Shown here in pieces: positions 29,694 through 38,317 of a stretch of DNA of 64,000 bases (position 1 is the first letter of the stretch; every line of letters starts with the position of its first letter). Under the pieces are notes generated by a model. That model was not told where the DNA came from, ran no database searches, and was given only the letters and a program-made list of their open reading frames with translations. The stretch covers positions 372,001-436,000 of IMG/VR virus record IMGVR_UViG_3300032315_001715. The stretch is one strand, 5' to 3'. A program made the translations under genes and the position numbers.

Positions 29694-29785
29694 ATTTGCT
29701 TTTATTTAACTTCGCTAGAAGTGTCTGTCAACCCCCTCCTGCGTGATTTCGTCCGGTAATCTGGCAATATTATTGAATCGACAGA

Positions 29786-30415
29786 TTATCTAGAGTCGGT
29801 AACCGTGTAGTTATTAATCAACAAATGCATTCTGGGTTTATCGCCGTCGTTTTTAAACGTATGGGCTATGCGATTAGCTTCAACCTTCCAAACGCGCCCG
29901 TCGGCAGGCATGTGCAGCTTGGTTTTGTTGCCATTGTGATCAAATACCCAATGGCAATCCGGATTGGTAAAAACAGCCACATGGTATCGTTCGGCCACAT
30001 GCAGATCCTTGTGCATGGGATATTGACGACGCGAACCTAACCAGGTTAGCTGGCATCTTCCAACAAACGGCTGCCGTAATCCGAACGTGGAAACATCAGT
30101 TAACACCTGTCCTAGATAGAGATCCTTGATCTCGTCGAGCATTTCGGTAAAATCAATCTCCTTGATACCGTGTTCACGTAATTCCGAGTGGCTTTTTTGC
30201 CATAGATGCCATCTATCTGACCCCTGCAATCCTGGTATATGGGTAAGATTGATGGAGTATCCAAACCATCGTTCAACACTGCAAACATGATTGATCCAAT
30301 CAAGGGATATGTCCAATCGATCAAGCAGGGTCATCACGCTATCGCACAATCTCTGATGGTCGACGACGTAATCAATCGGATAACAAAAGTTTGGTATTGA
30401 GGTGACGGTTTGCAT
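29786..30415 (-). CDS. 2OG-Fe(II) oxygenase-like protein
   Basis: HKD, RYHVAVFTNP, HMPADGRV, HTFKN...RMHL. Confidence 0.75.
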   Translation of the reverse strand: MQTVTSIPNFCYPIDYVVDHQRLCDSVMTLLDRLDISLDWINHVCSVERWFGYSINLTHIPGLQGSDRWHLWQKSHSELREHGIKEIDFTEMLDEIKDLYLGQVLTDVSTFGLRQPFVGRCQLTWLGSRRQYPMHKDLHVAERYHVAVFTNPDCHWVFDHNGNKTKLHMPADGRVWKVEANRIAHTFKNDGDKPRMHLLINNYTVTDSR

Positions 30416-30432
30416 GCATGATTCTCCTAAAA

Positions 30433-30523
30433 ATGGCGGAACGGGTGGGATTCGAACCCACGGTACCTGTTAGGGTACGCACAGTTAGCAACCGTGTGCC
30501 TTCAGCCTCTCGGCCACCGTTCC
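30433..30523 (-). tRNA. tRNA-Ser(GCT)
   Basis: Canonical class II cloverleaf. Confidence 0.95.
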
Positions 30524-30534
30524 GTATCACTTAT

Positions 30535-31086
30535 TTAATAAAGATCCTTGATCTTTTCAAGAATCGATTTCATCTCAACAACGTCGCTGTGCTTGGTGAT
30601 GCTCACGGCATTGTCCATGTGTCGGTGCATCTTGGCTCGACGCTCGTCCATGATCAAATCAAACAGCGCATTGTTGAGGTTAAATCGGTCATCAAGCATG
30701 CGGATGATCCGTCCGTTTGGCAATAGTATGTCCCGCACGCTTTCAACGTAGCGATAAGCTGATTCAGCGTCCATGCCATGTTGTACCATGATGCCGATGG
30801 CAGCAGCGGTGCTGCGGCTGAGACCTTGATGGCAATGCACCAACAACCGATCGCCAGCTTGCAGGTTCTTGGAAAAATCAAGAATGGCATCAAGGTGTTG
30901 TTCATTTGGCAGCACCCACTCGTCCCTCAATTGGCTTTCAACATCATGGAGATGAATGACTAGATGGTTCTCGCAGGTAAACGGCAAGTTTACACCCGGA
31001 TCCACCATGCTGATGGTGTGCGTGGGCCAGCCATTGTGGGCCCACCTGCCCGCTTCGAATATACCGCCAATCTTTAATTCAAACAT
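30535..31086 (-). CDS. dual-specificity/tyrosine phosphatase family
   Basis: VHCHQGLSRS (CX5R). Confidence 0.9.
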   Translation of the reverse strand: MFELKIGGIFEAGRWAHNGWPTHTISMVDPGVNLPFTCENHLVIHLHDVESQLRDEWVLPNEQHLDAILDFSKNLQAGDRLLVHCHQGLSRSTAAAIGIMVQHGMDAESAYRYVESVRDILLPNGRIIRMLDDRFNLNNALFDLIMDERRAKMHRHMDNAVSITKHSDVVEMKSILEKIKDLY

Positions 31087-31176
31087 GCACGCCCCCGGTG
31101 AAATGATGCAGGGTATTACCAGCGTTAAGTCTGCGAGCTGGAGGAGTTTGACCAATGCACCTCCAAAGGTTCCTCG

Positions 31177-31362
31177 TTAGGCCTGGACGACCTTGAGCTG
31201 GTATCCACATGCAACCAGCCAGATGTTGAGATTTTCCATGACCTCTTCCGGGCTGCGGTTTTCCCAGTTCATGCTCACGCATCTAATATCCTCGCTGGAA
31301 CTGCGTTCCCGTGCGTTGTAGCTTACGTTCCAGCTTTCGTTTACTTGCTTGTTCTTGGCCAT
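31177..31362 (-). CDS. small hypothetical protein
   Basis: SD AAGGA, 61 aa. Confidence 0.6.
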   Translation of the reverse strand: MAKNKQVNESWNVSYNARERSSSEDIRCVSMNWENRSPEEVMENLNIWLVACGYQLKVVQA

Positions 31363-31388
31363 GTGTTTTCCTTGTTTTTTTTGAAAAT

Positions 31389-31506
31389 TGGCTCCTTCTG
31401 CTGGACTCGAACCAGCAACCACCTGATTAATCTTGGACCTGATGGAGTTGCACCATCCAATCTATTGATCCCACAGTCAGGGGCTCTACCATTGAGCTAA
31501 GAAGGA
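31389..31506 (-). tRNA. tRNA-Asn(GTT) with ~43-nt anticodon-loop insert (31430-31472)
   Basis: U1-A72, G73; removing the insert gives CCTGA-CT-GTT-AA-TCAGG. Confidence 0.85.
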
Positions 31507-31513
31507 ATAAAAC

Positions 31514-31590
31514 TGGAGTTGTGGGAGGCGCTCGCATCCTCGAATACCTGTTTTGCAGACAGGGCCATTACTATCTCTGGTCACCACAAC
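31514..31590 (-). tRNA. tRNA-Cys(GCA)
   Basis: loop CT-GCA-AA, U73, atypical T-loop. Confidence 0.8.
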
Positions 31591-31596
31591 ATAACT

Positions 31597-31670
31597 TGGA
31601 GTTCGGAGAGGGAATTGAACCCCCGTGGCGGGTTTTGCAGACCCGTGCCTAACCACTCGGCCACCCGAAC
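31597..31670 (-). tRNA. tRNA-Cys(GCA)
   Basis: loop CT-GCA-AA, U73. Confidence 0.92.
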
Positions 31671-31693
31671 ATTTAACTGATTCTAACATGACA

Positions 31694-31722
31694 TTTATAG
31701 TGGTCTTTTTCCCATAAAGCAA
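31694..31722 (-). promoter_or_regulatory. sigma70-like promoter upstream of the Cys tRNAs
   Basis: TTGCTT-N17-TATAAA. Confidence 0.55.
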
Positions 31723-31728
31723 CCAACA

Positions 31729-32301
31729 TCATGATTCCTTAATCCACGGACCGAGTCGATCAATGGCATCGGCCCATTGCAGGATCTTACCTGTGCGTAG
31801 ATTTCGTATGGTATAGCTGAAACACCACCTTCTATGTGGTGTATGGTTGATCACGGTGTGAGGTCGTCCGACGTTTAGCAAGCTTGGGCTTGCTGGTTCC
31901 ATATCAAGCACCTTGCGTATCTTGTGCGGCTCAAAAACTCGGCTAACCGTGCCGGCCGAGGTCACATGATCCACTCCGGTATAGCCTTCCTCAACTGGTT
32001 CGAACCACACCATTCGGCTGCCCGGCGCACCATATATCCAGTTTATCTTGCATCTGGTTGCGTTTGGACCATCTCGACCATCGGTATGGATACCAAGCGT
32101 CATGCCCGGAGGGGTATAAAACGCTTCGCTGTAGGCAACGTCAAGTTCTATGGTTCTCAACCAAGAAGAAACGATGTTGTCCCCGGAAAACGGTATTATA
32201 CCACGTTTGGTACAATCCGTCCATTTTGACATGCACTGCGCGATTATCTCCGGATCGGGCGATATTGGTATCGCTAACGGTTGGTGATATATGTTTTCCA
32301 T
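31729..32301 (-). CDS. cupin-like phage protein (paralog of 29019-29603)
   Basis: IHTDG, KINWIYG, PSLLNVGRPHTVIN. Confidence 0.75.
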   Translation of the reverse strand: MENIYHQPLAIPISPDPEIIAQCMSKWTDCTKRGIIPFSGDNIVSSWLRTIELDVAYSEAFYTPPGMTLGIHTDGRDGPNATRCKINWIYGAPGSRMVWFEPVEEGYTGVDHVTSAGTVSRVFEPHKIRKVLDMEPASPSLLNVGRPHTVINHTPHRRWCFSYTIRNLRTGKILQWADAIDRLGPWIKES

Positions 32302-32336
32302 GCCGTTTCATTACCATTGATGTGATTTAATGTGTT

Positions 32337-32413
32337 TGGCGGACCCGGAGGGATTCGAACCCCCATCGAAGAGCTTAGAAGGCTCTTGCCTTATCCTGTT
32401 AGACCACGGATCC
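32337..32413 (-). tRNA. tRNA-Arg(TCT)
   Basis: loop CT-TCT-AA. Confidence 0.93.
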
Positions 32414-32419
32414 AAATTT

Positions 32420-32495
32420 TGGAGCGGCGTGCGGGATTCGAACCCGCGTCATCAGCTTGGAAGGCTGGGGTAATTGGCCTTTATACGAACGCCGC
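32420..32495 (-). tRNA. tRNA-Gly(TCC)
   Basis: loop CT-TCC-AA, U73. Confidence 0.92.
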
Positions 32496-32505
32496 CTATG
32501 AAGTA

Positions 32506-32534
32506 TTTATACGCTATCTTACAGCGTCTGTCAA
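32506..32534 (-). promoter_or_regulatory. sigma70-like internal promoter
   Basis: TTGACA-N17-TATAAA. Confidence 0.7.
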
Positions 32535-32625
32535 GCACTTCCATGATCCTTCGTGCCAGTTCCACCCACCTTCGAGCATTGCTACCCGGGACGTGCATCC
32601 CATGGGATAAACACCTTGGATTCCA

Positions 32626-32701
32626 TGGCCGTCCCGGAGGGACTCGAACCCCCAACCTTCGCGTTCGAAGCGCGCTGCTCTATCCATTGAGCTACGGAAC
32701 G
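32626..32701 (-). tRNA. tRNA-Arg(TCG)
   Basis: loop CT-TCG-AA. Confidence 0.92.
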
Positions 32702-33196
32702 TTATCTGAAATACTGATACCTGTCCTCGAGGTTTGACCGGTCCTTGATCAATCCATCGAACTGGCCCTGACCATTTGGATAAAAACCGCTTGGATCAAG
32801 TATCTTGCCTCGGTTCTCTACCCAAGCATGTGGTATCCACCTCAGCTGATCCTCCATGTTTTCAGATCTAGCATACTTTGCACGATCCGTTTCCTTTCTT
32901 GGATTGAAGCCGTGCTGCTTCATCGCTGCCAGCTCCTCCTTAGTAAAGGCATCCAAGTCCAGATCCGGCACATCGGTCCGAAACCACCCCTTGGCCTTCT
33001 TGCCACCTCGCATGTGTCCAGCTGGTATGACCTCGGCGGTGACGATACCCCGGCTTTCTAAAAATTCTAGGAAATCAGACGCGGCACCGCCGCATCCGCC
33101 CCTGGTGGCATAGATGCTTAATCTCTTGTCTCCAGCGGTCTCCCAAAATTCCAGCAGCAACGGGTCAAAGCCTTGGGCTATTTCAATGAGTCTCAT
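32702..33196 (-). CDS. hypothetical protein
   Basis: ATG just after ATAAATA; GGCG...HAWVE...ILDP (papain/transglutaminase-like triad possible). Confidence 0.7.
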   Translation of the reverse strand: MRLIEIAQGFDPLLLEFWETAGDKRLSIYATRGGCGGAASDFLEFLESRGIVTAEVIPAGHMRGGKKAKGWFRTDVPDLDLDAFTKEELAAMKQHGFNPRKETDRAKYARSENMEDQLRWIPHAWVENRGKILDPSGFYPNGQGQFDGLIKDRSNLEDRYQYFR

Positions 33197-33221
33197 GCCG
33201 ATATTTATCGGCAATGGAGCA

Positions 33222-33315
33222 TGGCGGAGAGCAGTGGTCTTGATCCACATGCCGGTTTCTAGCCGGCACCCACTCCTTAGCAGGGAGGGACGAACACTCG
33301 TTCGCTTTACTCTCC
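33222..33315 (-). tRNA. tRNA-Ser(GCT), 6-bp D stem
   Basis: loop CT-GCT-AA, long variable arm. Confidence 0.82.
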
Positions 33316-33320
33316 AAAAT

Positions 33321-33396
33321 TGGCTGCCCACCCTCGGTTCGAACGAGGAACCTCCTGTTTCAGAGACAGGCGATCTGCCAGTTGATCTAGTGGGCA
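33321..33396 (-). tRNA. tRNA-Gln(CTG)
   Basis: U1-A72, loop CT-CTG-AA. Confidence 0.9.
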
Positions 33397-33405
33397 ATAA
33401 ATTAT

Positions 33406-33978
33406 TTATTTTTCGATAAAATACAGAGCTGTTTGAATGAATTGCTCTTTATCTTTGACACATTCTTTCCATTCTATTCGAAGTGTTTGCCATCCTTGCT
33501 CTAAAAGCCATGCATCTCGTTTTGCATCACTCTCTCTGGTGTTTTCGTGAGTGCCGCCGTCGATTTCAATGCATTTCTTTATTTCTGGCCAAGCAAAATC
33601 AAGTGAATAAATTCCAAATGGGTATTCCGCAATGTAGTTTTTATTCTCAAATCTTTTATCAATCACAGATTCGAACCACTGCTCTGGATAACTTTTTGGA
33701 CGCCCTTTGAAATTTTTTCCCAAAGTAGGGTATGTCCCCTCCTTCAAACGTCTCAGCATGTGATGTCTGAGCTTGATTTTGGTTTCATCTGAGTGCTTCT
33801 GAGGAGGTCGATGTTTCCTGCTCATCTTTTGAGCTTCGCTTTTAGAACGAGGTGTGAACAATCCATTTTTGATTGCCTTGTTGATCGTGTTCAAGGTTGG
33901 TCCTAATTCTCGCATTGGGACCCCACTATCATATAGGCTCTGTAATTCTTTCCAATTAAACGGAGTTTTGTTTCTCAT
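33406..33978 (-). CDS. DUF559/Vsr-like endonuclease with NUMOD3
   Basis: KHSDETKIKL; YSLDFAW, IEIDGGTH, DAKRDAWLLEQGWQTLRI. Confidence 0.88.
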   Translation of the reverse strand: MRNKTPFNWKELQSLYDSGVPMRELGPTLNTINKAIKNGLFTPRSKSEAQKMSRKHRPPQKHSDETKIKLRHHMLRRLKEGTYPTLGKNFKGRPKSYPEQWFESVIDKRFENKNYIAEYPFGIYSLDFAWPEIKKCIEIDGGTHENTRESDAKRDAWLLEQGWQTLRIEWKECVKDKEQFIQTALYFIEK

Positions 33979-33992
33979 GACTTATTTATGAT

Positions 33993-34025
33993 AAGTCGGT
34001 TGTTCTACCATTAAACTAATCCCCA
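33993..34025 (-). pseudogene. 5' half of tRNA-Gln broken in the anticodon
   Basis: TGGGGATTAGTTTAATGGTAGAACAACCGACTT then ATCATAAATA. Confidence 0.8.
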
Positions 34026-34032
34026 AAATTAT

Positions 34033-34108
34033 TGGCTGCCCGTGATGGTTTCGAACCACCAACATCGAGATTCAAAGTCTCGCGTTCTGCCAATTGAACT
34101 AACGGGCA
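34033..34108 (-). tRNA. tRNA-Gln(TTG)
   Basis: loop CT-TTG-AA. Confidence 0.92.
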
Positions 34109-34118
34109 ATAAACTCTT

Positions 34119-34195
34119 TGGTGTTCTCGACGGGATTCGAACCCATGACCTTCGGCTTAGGAGGCAGACGCTCTATCCAGCTGAGCTACGAGAAC
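34119..34195 (-). tRNA. tRNA-Arg(CCT)
   Basis: loop CT-CCT-AA. Confidence 0.9.
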
Positions 34196-34200
34196 AAGAT

Positions 34201-34275
34201 TGGTTGGACCGGTCAGGATCGAACTGACACTCTATCGGTTATCAACCGATTGCTTTACCATTAAGCTACGGTCCA
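34201..34275 (-). tRNA. tRNA-Ile(GAT)
   Basis: loop TT-GAT-AA. Confidence 0.92.
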
Positions 34276-34328
34276 ACAGCTAGTGATATTTATAGTCTAT
34301 CGCCGGCAAAAAAGCAAGCGATGATTTT

Positions 34329-34413
34329 TGGTGCCCAGGGCGAGATTTGAACCCGCATGACCTTGCGGCCGCCACCTTCTGAGGATGGAGTGTATGCATT
34401 CCACCACCTGGGC
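34329..34413 (-). tRNA. tRNA-Leu(CAG)
   Basis: loop CT-CAG-AA, long variable arm. Confidence 0.9.
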
Positions 34414-34543
34414 AATATCATGGGTCTTACGGTGCCAGGACACCCGCCCTTGTTATGGTTGCCGGATTCTGTTCCCGGGGCCGGCACCCCGGATCGTTCC
34501 CATGGCTTCTACTAAGCAGTCACTCCATGGGAACATCAATATT

Positions 34544-34620
34544 TGGTGCATCCGGTGGGATTCGAACCCACACTGTATGATCTCTCAAACCATTGACTCT
34601 ACCAGTTGGCCTACGGATGC
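34544..34620 (-). tRNA. tRNA-Leu(GAG), short variable loop
   Basis: loop TT-GAG-AG. Confidence 0.85.
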
Positions 34621-34625
34621 AAAAT

Positions 34626-34700
34626 TGGTAGGTGAGGAGAATTTTGAAATCCCGTCCCTCGGTATGTAACACCGATGCTCTGCCTCTGAGCTACTCACCC
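34626..34700 (-). tRNA. tRNA-Val(TAC)
   Basis: loop GT-TAC-AT. Confidence 0.85.
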
Positions 34701-34705
34701 ATGTT

Positions 34706-34781
34706 TGGTACCAACCGTGGGGATTGAACCCACCTAGATCTGCTTGTAAAGCAGACGCCCTCCCCAGATGGCTCGGTTGGC
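34706..34781 (-). tRNA. tRNA-Val(TAC)
   Basis: loop TT-TAC-AA; near-identical to 35234-35309. Confidence 0.85.
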
Positions 34782-34810
34782 ATACAACTGATATCATGAT
34801 AGACGGGCTA

Positions 34811-35101
34811 TTAAGCCTCGCTTACTGCATCCGGGAATGGTGGATTTCCGCCGCTGCCAACTCCCGTGACTGACACGAAGCCGGTATATCCCGATAGTCC
34901 TGGTAGCTCCAGCACGCCGGTTGGTGCAGGCACTGCTGCATCGCCAACGCGCACGATGACGGTCATTTCAGAGTCATCCTTGCTGATAATCGCACGCGGA
35001 ACGACGATCCATGATGATCCGTCAAATCCTAGGACGGTGTCACCGTCTAGTCTGTAATCTCCTGTATTTGCCATTTTCTTGGCTCCTTTCTCTTGATCCA
35101 T
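34811..35101 (-). CDS. hypothetical protein
   Basis: 96 aa (or start at internal MANTG after SD AGGAG). Confidence 0.65.
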   Translation of the reverse strand: MDQEKGAKKMANTGDYRLDGDTVLGFDGSSWIVVPRAIISKDDSEMTVIVRVGDAAVPAPTGVLELPGLSGYTGFVSVTGVGSGGNPPFPDAVSEA

Positions 35102-35153
35102 GTTGGATTCAATGCATATTTATGTTCTAACATGGACAAAAAGCAATAAATGA

Positions 35154-35229
35154 TGGTACCTACTGTGGGGATCGAACCCACCTCTAACAGCGTGTCGAGC
35201 TGTCGCCATCCCCAGATGACAAAGCAGGC
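35154..35229 (-). tRNA. tRNA-Val(GAC)
   Basis: loop TC-GAC-AC. Confidence 0.82.
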
Positions 35230-35233
35230 ATAT

Positions 35234-35309
35234 TGGTACCAACCGTGGGGATTGAACCCACCTAGATCTGCTTGTAAAACAGACGCCCTCCCCAGATGGC
35301 TCGGTTGGC
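35234..35309 (-). tRNA. tRNA-Val(TAC), duplicate
   Basis: One substitution versus 34706-34781. Confidence 0.85.
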
Positions 35310-35318
35310 ATGTAAAAC

Positions 35319-35395
35319 TGGTGCCCGTGGAGGGATTCGAACCCCCAACATCCTGGTTCTAAACCAGGCGCCTCTTCCAGTTGCGCTACACGGGC
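35319..35395 (-). tRNA. tRNA-Leu(TAG), short variable loop
   Basis: loop TT-TAG-AA. Confidence 0.87.
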
Positions 35396-35401
35396 AAAAC
35401 T

Positions 35402-35475
35402 TGGCGACCATACGGGGAATCGAACTCCGGCGACCTGCTAGACAGGCAAGCGTTCTACCATTAAACTATATGGCC
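35402..35475 (-). tRNA. tRNA-Asp(GTC)
   Basis: loop CT-GTC-TA, G73. Confidence 0.9.
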
Positions 35476-35482
35476 ATAAAAT

Positions 35483-35983
35483 TCAAGGATTGTTGAGTTT
35501 CCACCAACGATTAATGGAATCAGCACCAATCTCATCACACACCTCAACAAGCTTGCCGCCGAGGCCAAGGATATCATCAAAGTGTTGGGCTAACAGCATG
35601 TTCGGGCATGCTCGCGGACGATCCGCTTTTAGCCATTCCACACCTTCCTCAAGCCTATCAACACCGTTGGCCTGCAACCACAGCGCCAGCGCCGACGCCG
35701 TTGAGCGGCATGCACCAGCAAAGCAATGCACCACCACCCGGGCATCTCCGGGCAAACGCTGGCCAAACTCTAGGATCGATTCTGCGTGCTCTCTCGTCGG
35801 TGCATACAGCTTGGCAGGATCCTCTTCGTCATCAAAGTTGATGGCAAAGTGATTCTTGGCATCGATGCGTGGCGGACGGAATACCCGATCACCAACATCC
35901 AGCATGGTGATGAGATGCGTGGCAGCAAACCGCTTGGCGGTCTTTTTGACCTCGCTCTTTCCACAAACGGTAAACTCGGGCAC
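35483..35983 (-). CDS. dual-specificity/tyrosine phosphatase family
   Basis: VHCFAGACRS (CX5R); GTG start with GGAGG. Confidence 0.9.
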   Translation of the reverse strand: MPEFTVCGKSEVKKTAKRFAATHLITMLDVGDRVFRPPRIDAKNHFAINFDDEEDPAKLYAPTREHAESILEFGQRLPGDARVVVHCFAGACRSTASALALWLQANGVDRLEEGVEWLKADRPRACPNMLLAQHFDDILGLGGKLVEVCDEIGADSINRWWKLNNP

Positions 35984-36005
35984 GTTACACCTCCTTGTTA
36001 GAAAA

Positions 36006-36080
36006 TGGTCTCGCGTGCGGGTGCCGGCCCCGCTACTCCGGGATGAAAGCCCGGTGTTTTAGCTGGTAAACTAACGCGAG
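36006..36080 (-). tRNA. tRNA-Glu(TTC), atypical T-loop
   Basis: loop CT-TTC-AT. Confidence 0.8.
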
Positions 36081-36224
36081 TTACGATTCCGCATGCGCTG
36101 GCCCCCCAATCCCGCCGCGCTGCACGACACCACCTGCCTTGCTTCTTTCGTCGCGTAACATGGCATCTTACCGGTCCATGACATGCTAACCTGTCCGCAG
36201 ACAGGGAACCATGCACGGATGATT

Positions 36225-36309
36225 TGGCTCAACCGGCAGGCTTCGAACCTGCACGCCTTGCGGCGCCTGATTAACAGTCAGGTGGGTCTACCAGTTCCCC
36301 CACAGTTGA
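36225..36309 (-). tRNA. tRNA-Asn(GTT) with long variable arm
   Basis: loop CT-GTT-AA; GCC-GCAA-GGC extra arm. Confidence 0.85.
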
Positions 36310-36368
36310 ATAAAACCCAGTAGTTGTTGTTCTTGTTGCATGCTTTATAGCACGCACCGTATTTGGTG

Positions 36369-37043
36369 TCAACGCCTATTTTTTATCGTTCTTCCTTTGA
36401 TCCATCCGACTGGTATAGGATCAGATTTTTTAATTTTTACAGATTTTTGACCATCTGTTATCCACATTGTGTCAAACTGACTATTGGATTTGCCAAATCC
36501 TCGCCCTTTTGATGATTCGGACATTTTAGATCTAGTTTCAGCCGAATGTGTCTTTCCTTTGAAAGATGCAAATATGTCAGGCGTATATTTTGATTTAATG
36601 GTTTCTTGCCATTTTTTTGAACGATTTGCAACTCTTTCTGTATCTAATAGAAAAAGTCTTAGACCCTCCTTGGCTTTTTCTTCTATCCCTCTAGATTTTG
36701 CTACTTTCATAGCCTTTTGATTTTTTTCTTTTCTTAACGATTCATTTGAATTGATATAACCAAATCCGCCATGTCCTCCTGGACATAAATTATATGTATC
36801 TGGTCTTGCACACATTTCTTCTGTCACAAGTTCTTTTTCTTTGTCGTTCATTTCTTTTTCACAAGAAAAGACGTGTAAGATTTCTTTGGAAAAATTTTCA
36901 ATACCATATTTGTCAATTGCAAGTTTTATGAGCTTGCCAGATCCAAAATATTCATCATTAAGGTCAGCAGTTTTATGCTTTCCTATATAAATCTTGCTGT
37001 TAAGGAGATTAGTAATTTTGTATATTATGAAGAACATAAACAC
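36369..37043 (-). CDS. GIY-YIG homing endonuclease (Seg-like) with NUMOD3
   Basis: IIYKITN...IYIGKH...YFGSG, YNLCPGG, GKTHSAETRSKMS. Confidence 0.95.
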   Translation of the reverse strand: MFMFFIIYKITNLLNSKIYIGKHKTADLNDEYFGSGKLIKLAIDKYGIENFSKEILHVFSCEKEMNDKEKELVTEEMCARPDTYNLCPGGHGGFGYINSNESLRKEKNQKAMKVAKSRGIEEKAKEGLRLFLLDTERVANRSKKWQETIKSKYTPDIFASFKGKTHSAETRSKMSESSKGRGFGKSNSQFDTMWITDGQKSVKIKKSDPIPVGWIKGRTIKNRR

Positions 37044-37069
37044 CCCCGTTTGGAGTATTTATGAAAAAA

Positions 37070-37142
37070 TGAGCGGGTAGCGAGAATCGAACTCGCGCGT
37101 CCACCATGGCAAGGTGGCAGGCTACCTCTACATCATACCCGC
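37070..37142 (-). tRNA. tRNA-Gly(GCC), CCA incomplete
   Basis: loop TT-GCC-AT; 3' end abuts the GIY-YIG leader. Confidence 0.88.
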
Positions 37143-37380
37143 ATTATATGGTTAGTTATCCATGCAAGGCGCGTCTAATCCAGTTCTGTCCAAGAGGACG
37201 ACCTTCATGTGGGGTCGCGTCGTTCAATGCACCTTGCCTTGGTGCACCTTGCAAGATTGAAATCCCGTGTTCTACGATACTCGGCTGTAGGTGACTAGCC
37301 CACTATATCCTGGACGGTTGAGTCCAGGCCACCGAATGCTACCATGTCACGGGGTCTTTGGTGGGGGTAAGTCCCAGATT

Positions 37381-37968
37381 CTATATCAACCCTAAACTTT
37401 TGAGCTTGGTTTTATCCCATACCTCGCAGACGACATCTGGATATAACTGGCGCCAAAGCTCGAACTTTTCTTTGTTTGCTTTTCGCCAATAACCCTTGAC
37501 CTCTATGATTTTTCCGCAGGATAAAACAAAGTCAGGTCTGTATGACCTATTTTTTGATAACAGGAAAACCTTCTTGCTGTAATCCCATTTGATACCTTGG
37601 CTATCGAGGTAAGACGCAACTTTCACCTCCCAGGATGAATCCATCCTGATGCCATTATAATAACTTTGTCTATCTCCTCTATGTTTGGCGTTATTGTTAC
37701 CTCTCATAGATTCGGATATTTTAGCTTTGGTGTCATCGGTATGTTTCACCAACGAATTGAGCTTTCTGCCTTTTATCTTTAAGGCATGCCCTAGAATCCT
37801 TGAATCTGTTTCCTTGCTAAGTCCTTTGTTCCAGCTAACATGCGCTGTCTTGAGACGTGCTCGATAACCGGGACATTTGTAATAAACTGGTTGGCAGCAC
37901 CACCCGCTCCATTTAGAGCGAGGTGGATACGAAGCGGTGTCTCCGCAATACTTGCATGTGTTGTTCAT
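37381..37968 (-). CDS. PD-(D/E)xK endonuclease with NUMOD3
   Basis: KHTDDTKAKIS; DSSWE, YRPDFVL...IEVKGY. Confidence 0.88.
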   Translation of the reverse strand: MNNTCKYCGDTASYPPRSKWSGWCCQPVYYKCPGYRARLKTAHVSWNKGLSKETDSRILGHALKIKGRKLNSLVKHTDDTKAKISESMRGNNNAKHRGDRQSYYNGIRMDSSWEVKVASYLDSQGIKWDYSKKVFLLSKNRSYRPDFVLSCGKIIEVKGYWRKANKEKFELWRQLYPDVVCEVWDKTKLKSLGLI

Positions 37969-37984
37969 GAAAGTATTTATGCAA

Positions 37985-38021
37985 ACAGTCTGCTCCAACC
38001 CTCCAACGTTGGCGCTTCCCC
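37985..38021 (-). pseudogene. 5' half of tRNA-Tyr broken in the anticodon (3' remnant at 37359-37380)
   Basis: GGGGAAGCGCCAACGTTGGAGGGTTGGAGCAGACTGT; after the ORF stop AATCTG...CCCCACCA. Confidence 0.75.
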
Positions 38022-38026
38022 AAATT

Positions 38027-38105
38027 TGGTAGACCAGGTGGGACTCGAACCCACGGTTTTTACTGATTAAGAATCAGCTGCCTTGGCCGCTCGGCGCACT
38101 GGTCT
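38027..38105 (-). tRNA. tRNA-Lys(CTT)
   Basis: loop TT-CTT-AA. Confidence 0.9.
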
Positions 38106-38226
38106 GTGGTATAATGGCCTTAGAACACTCCGCCGGTGCTGCCCTAACCCTTGTTTGCGCTCAAGTCCCCGGTCTACGGCTGCATCTCAACCAGGGAGGG
38201 CTATCTGCTCTCGTCGTGCTCTAACT

Positions 38227-38301
38227 TGGTCTCGCGTGCGGGTGCCGGCCCCGCTACTCCGGGATGAAAGCCCAGTATTTTAGCTGGTAAACTAACGCGA
38301 G
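38227..38301 (-). tRNA. tRNA-Glu(TTC), near-duplicate of 36006-36080
   Basis: Two substitutions. Confidence 0.8.
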
Positions 38302-38317
38302 AAATCTCATTCTAACT

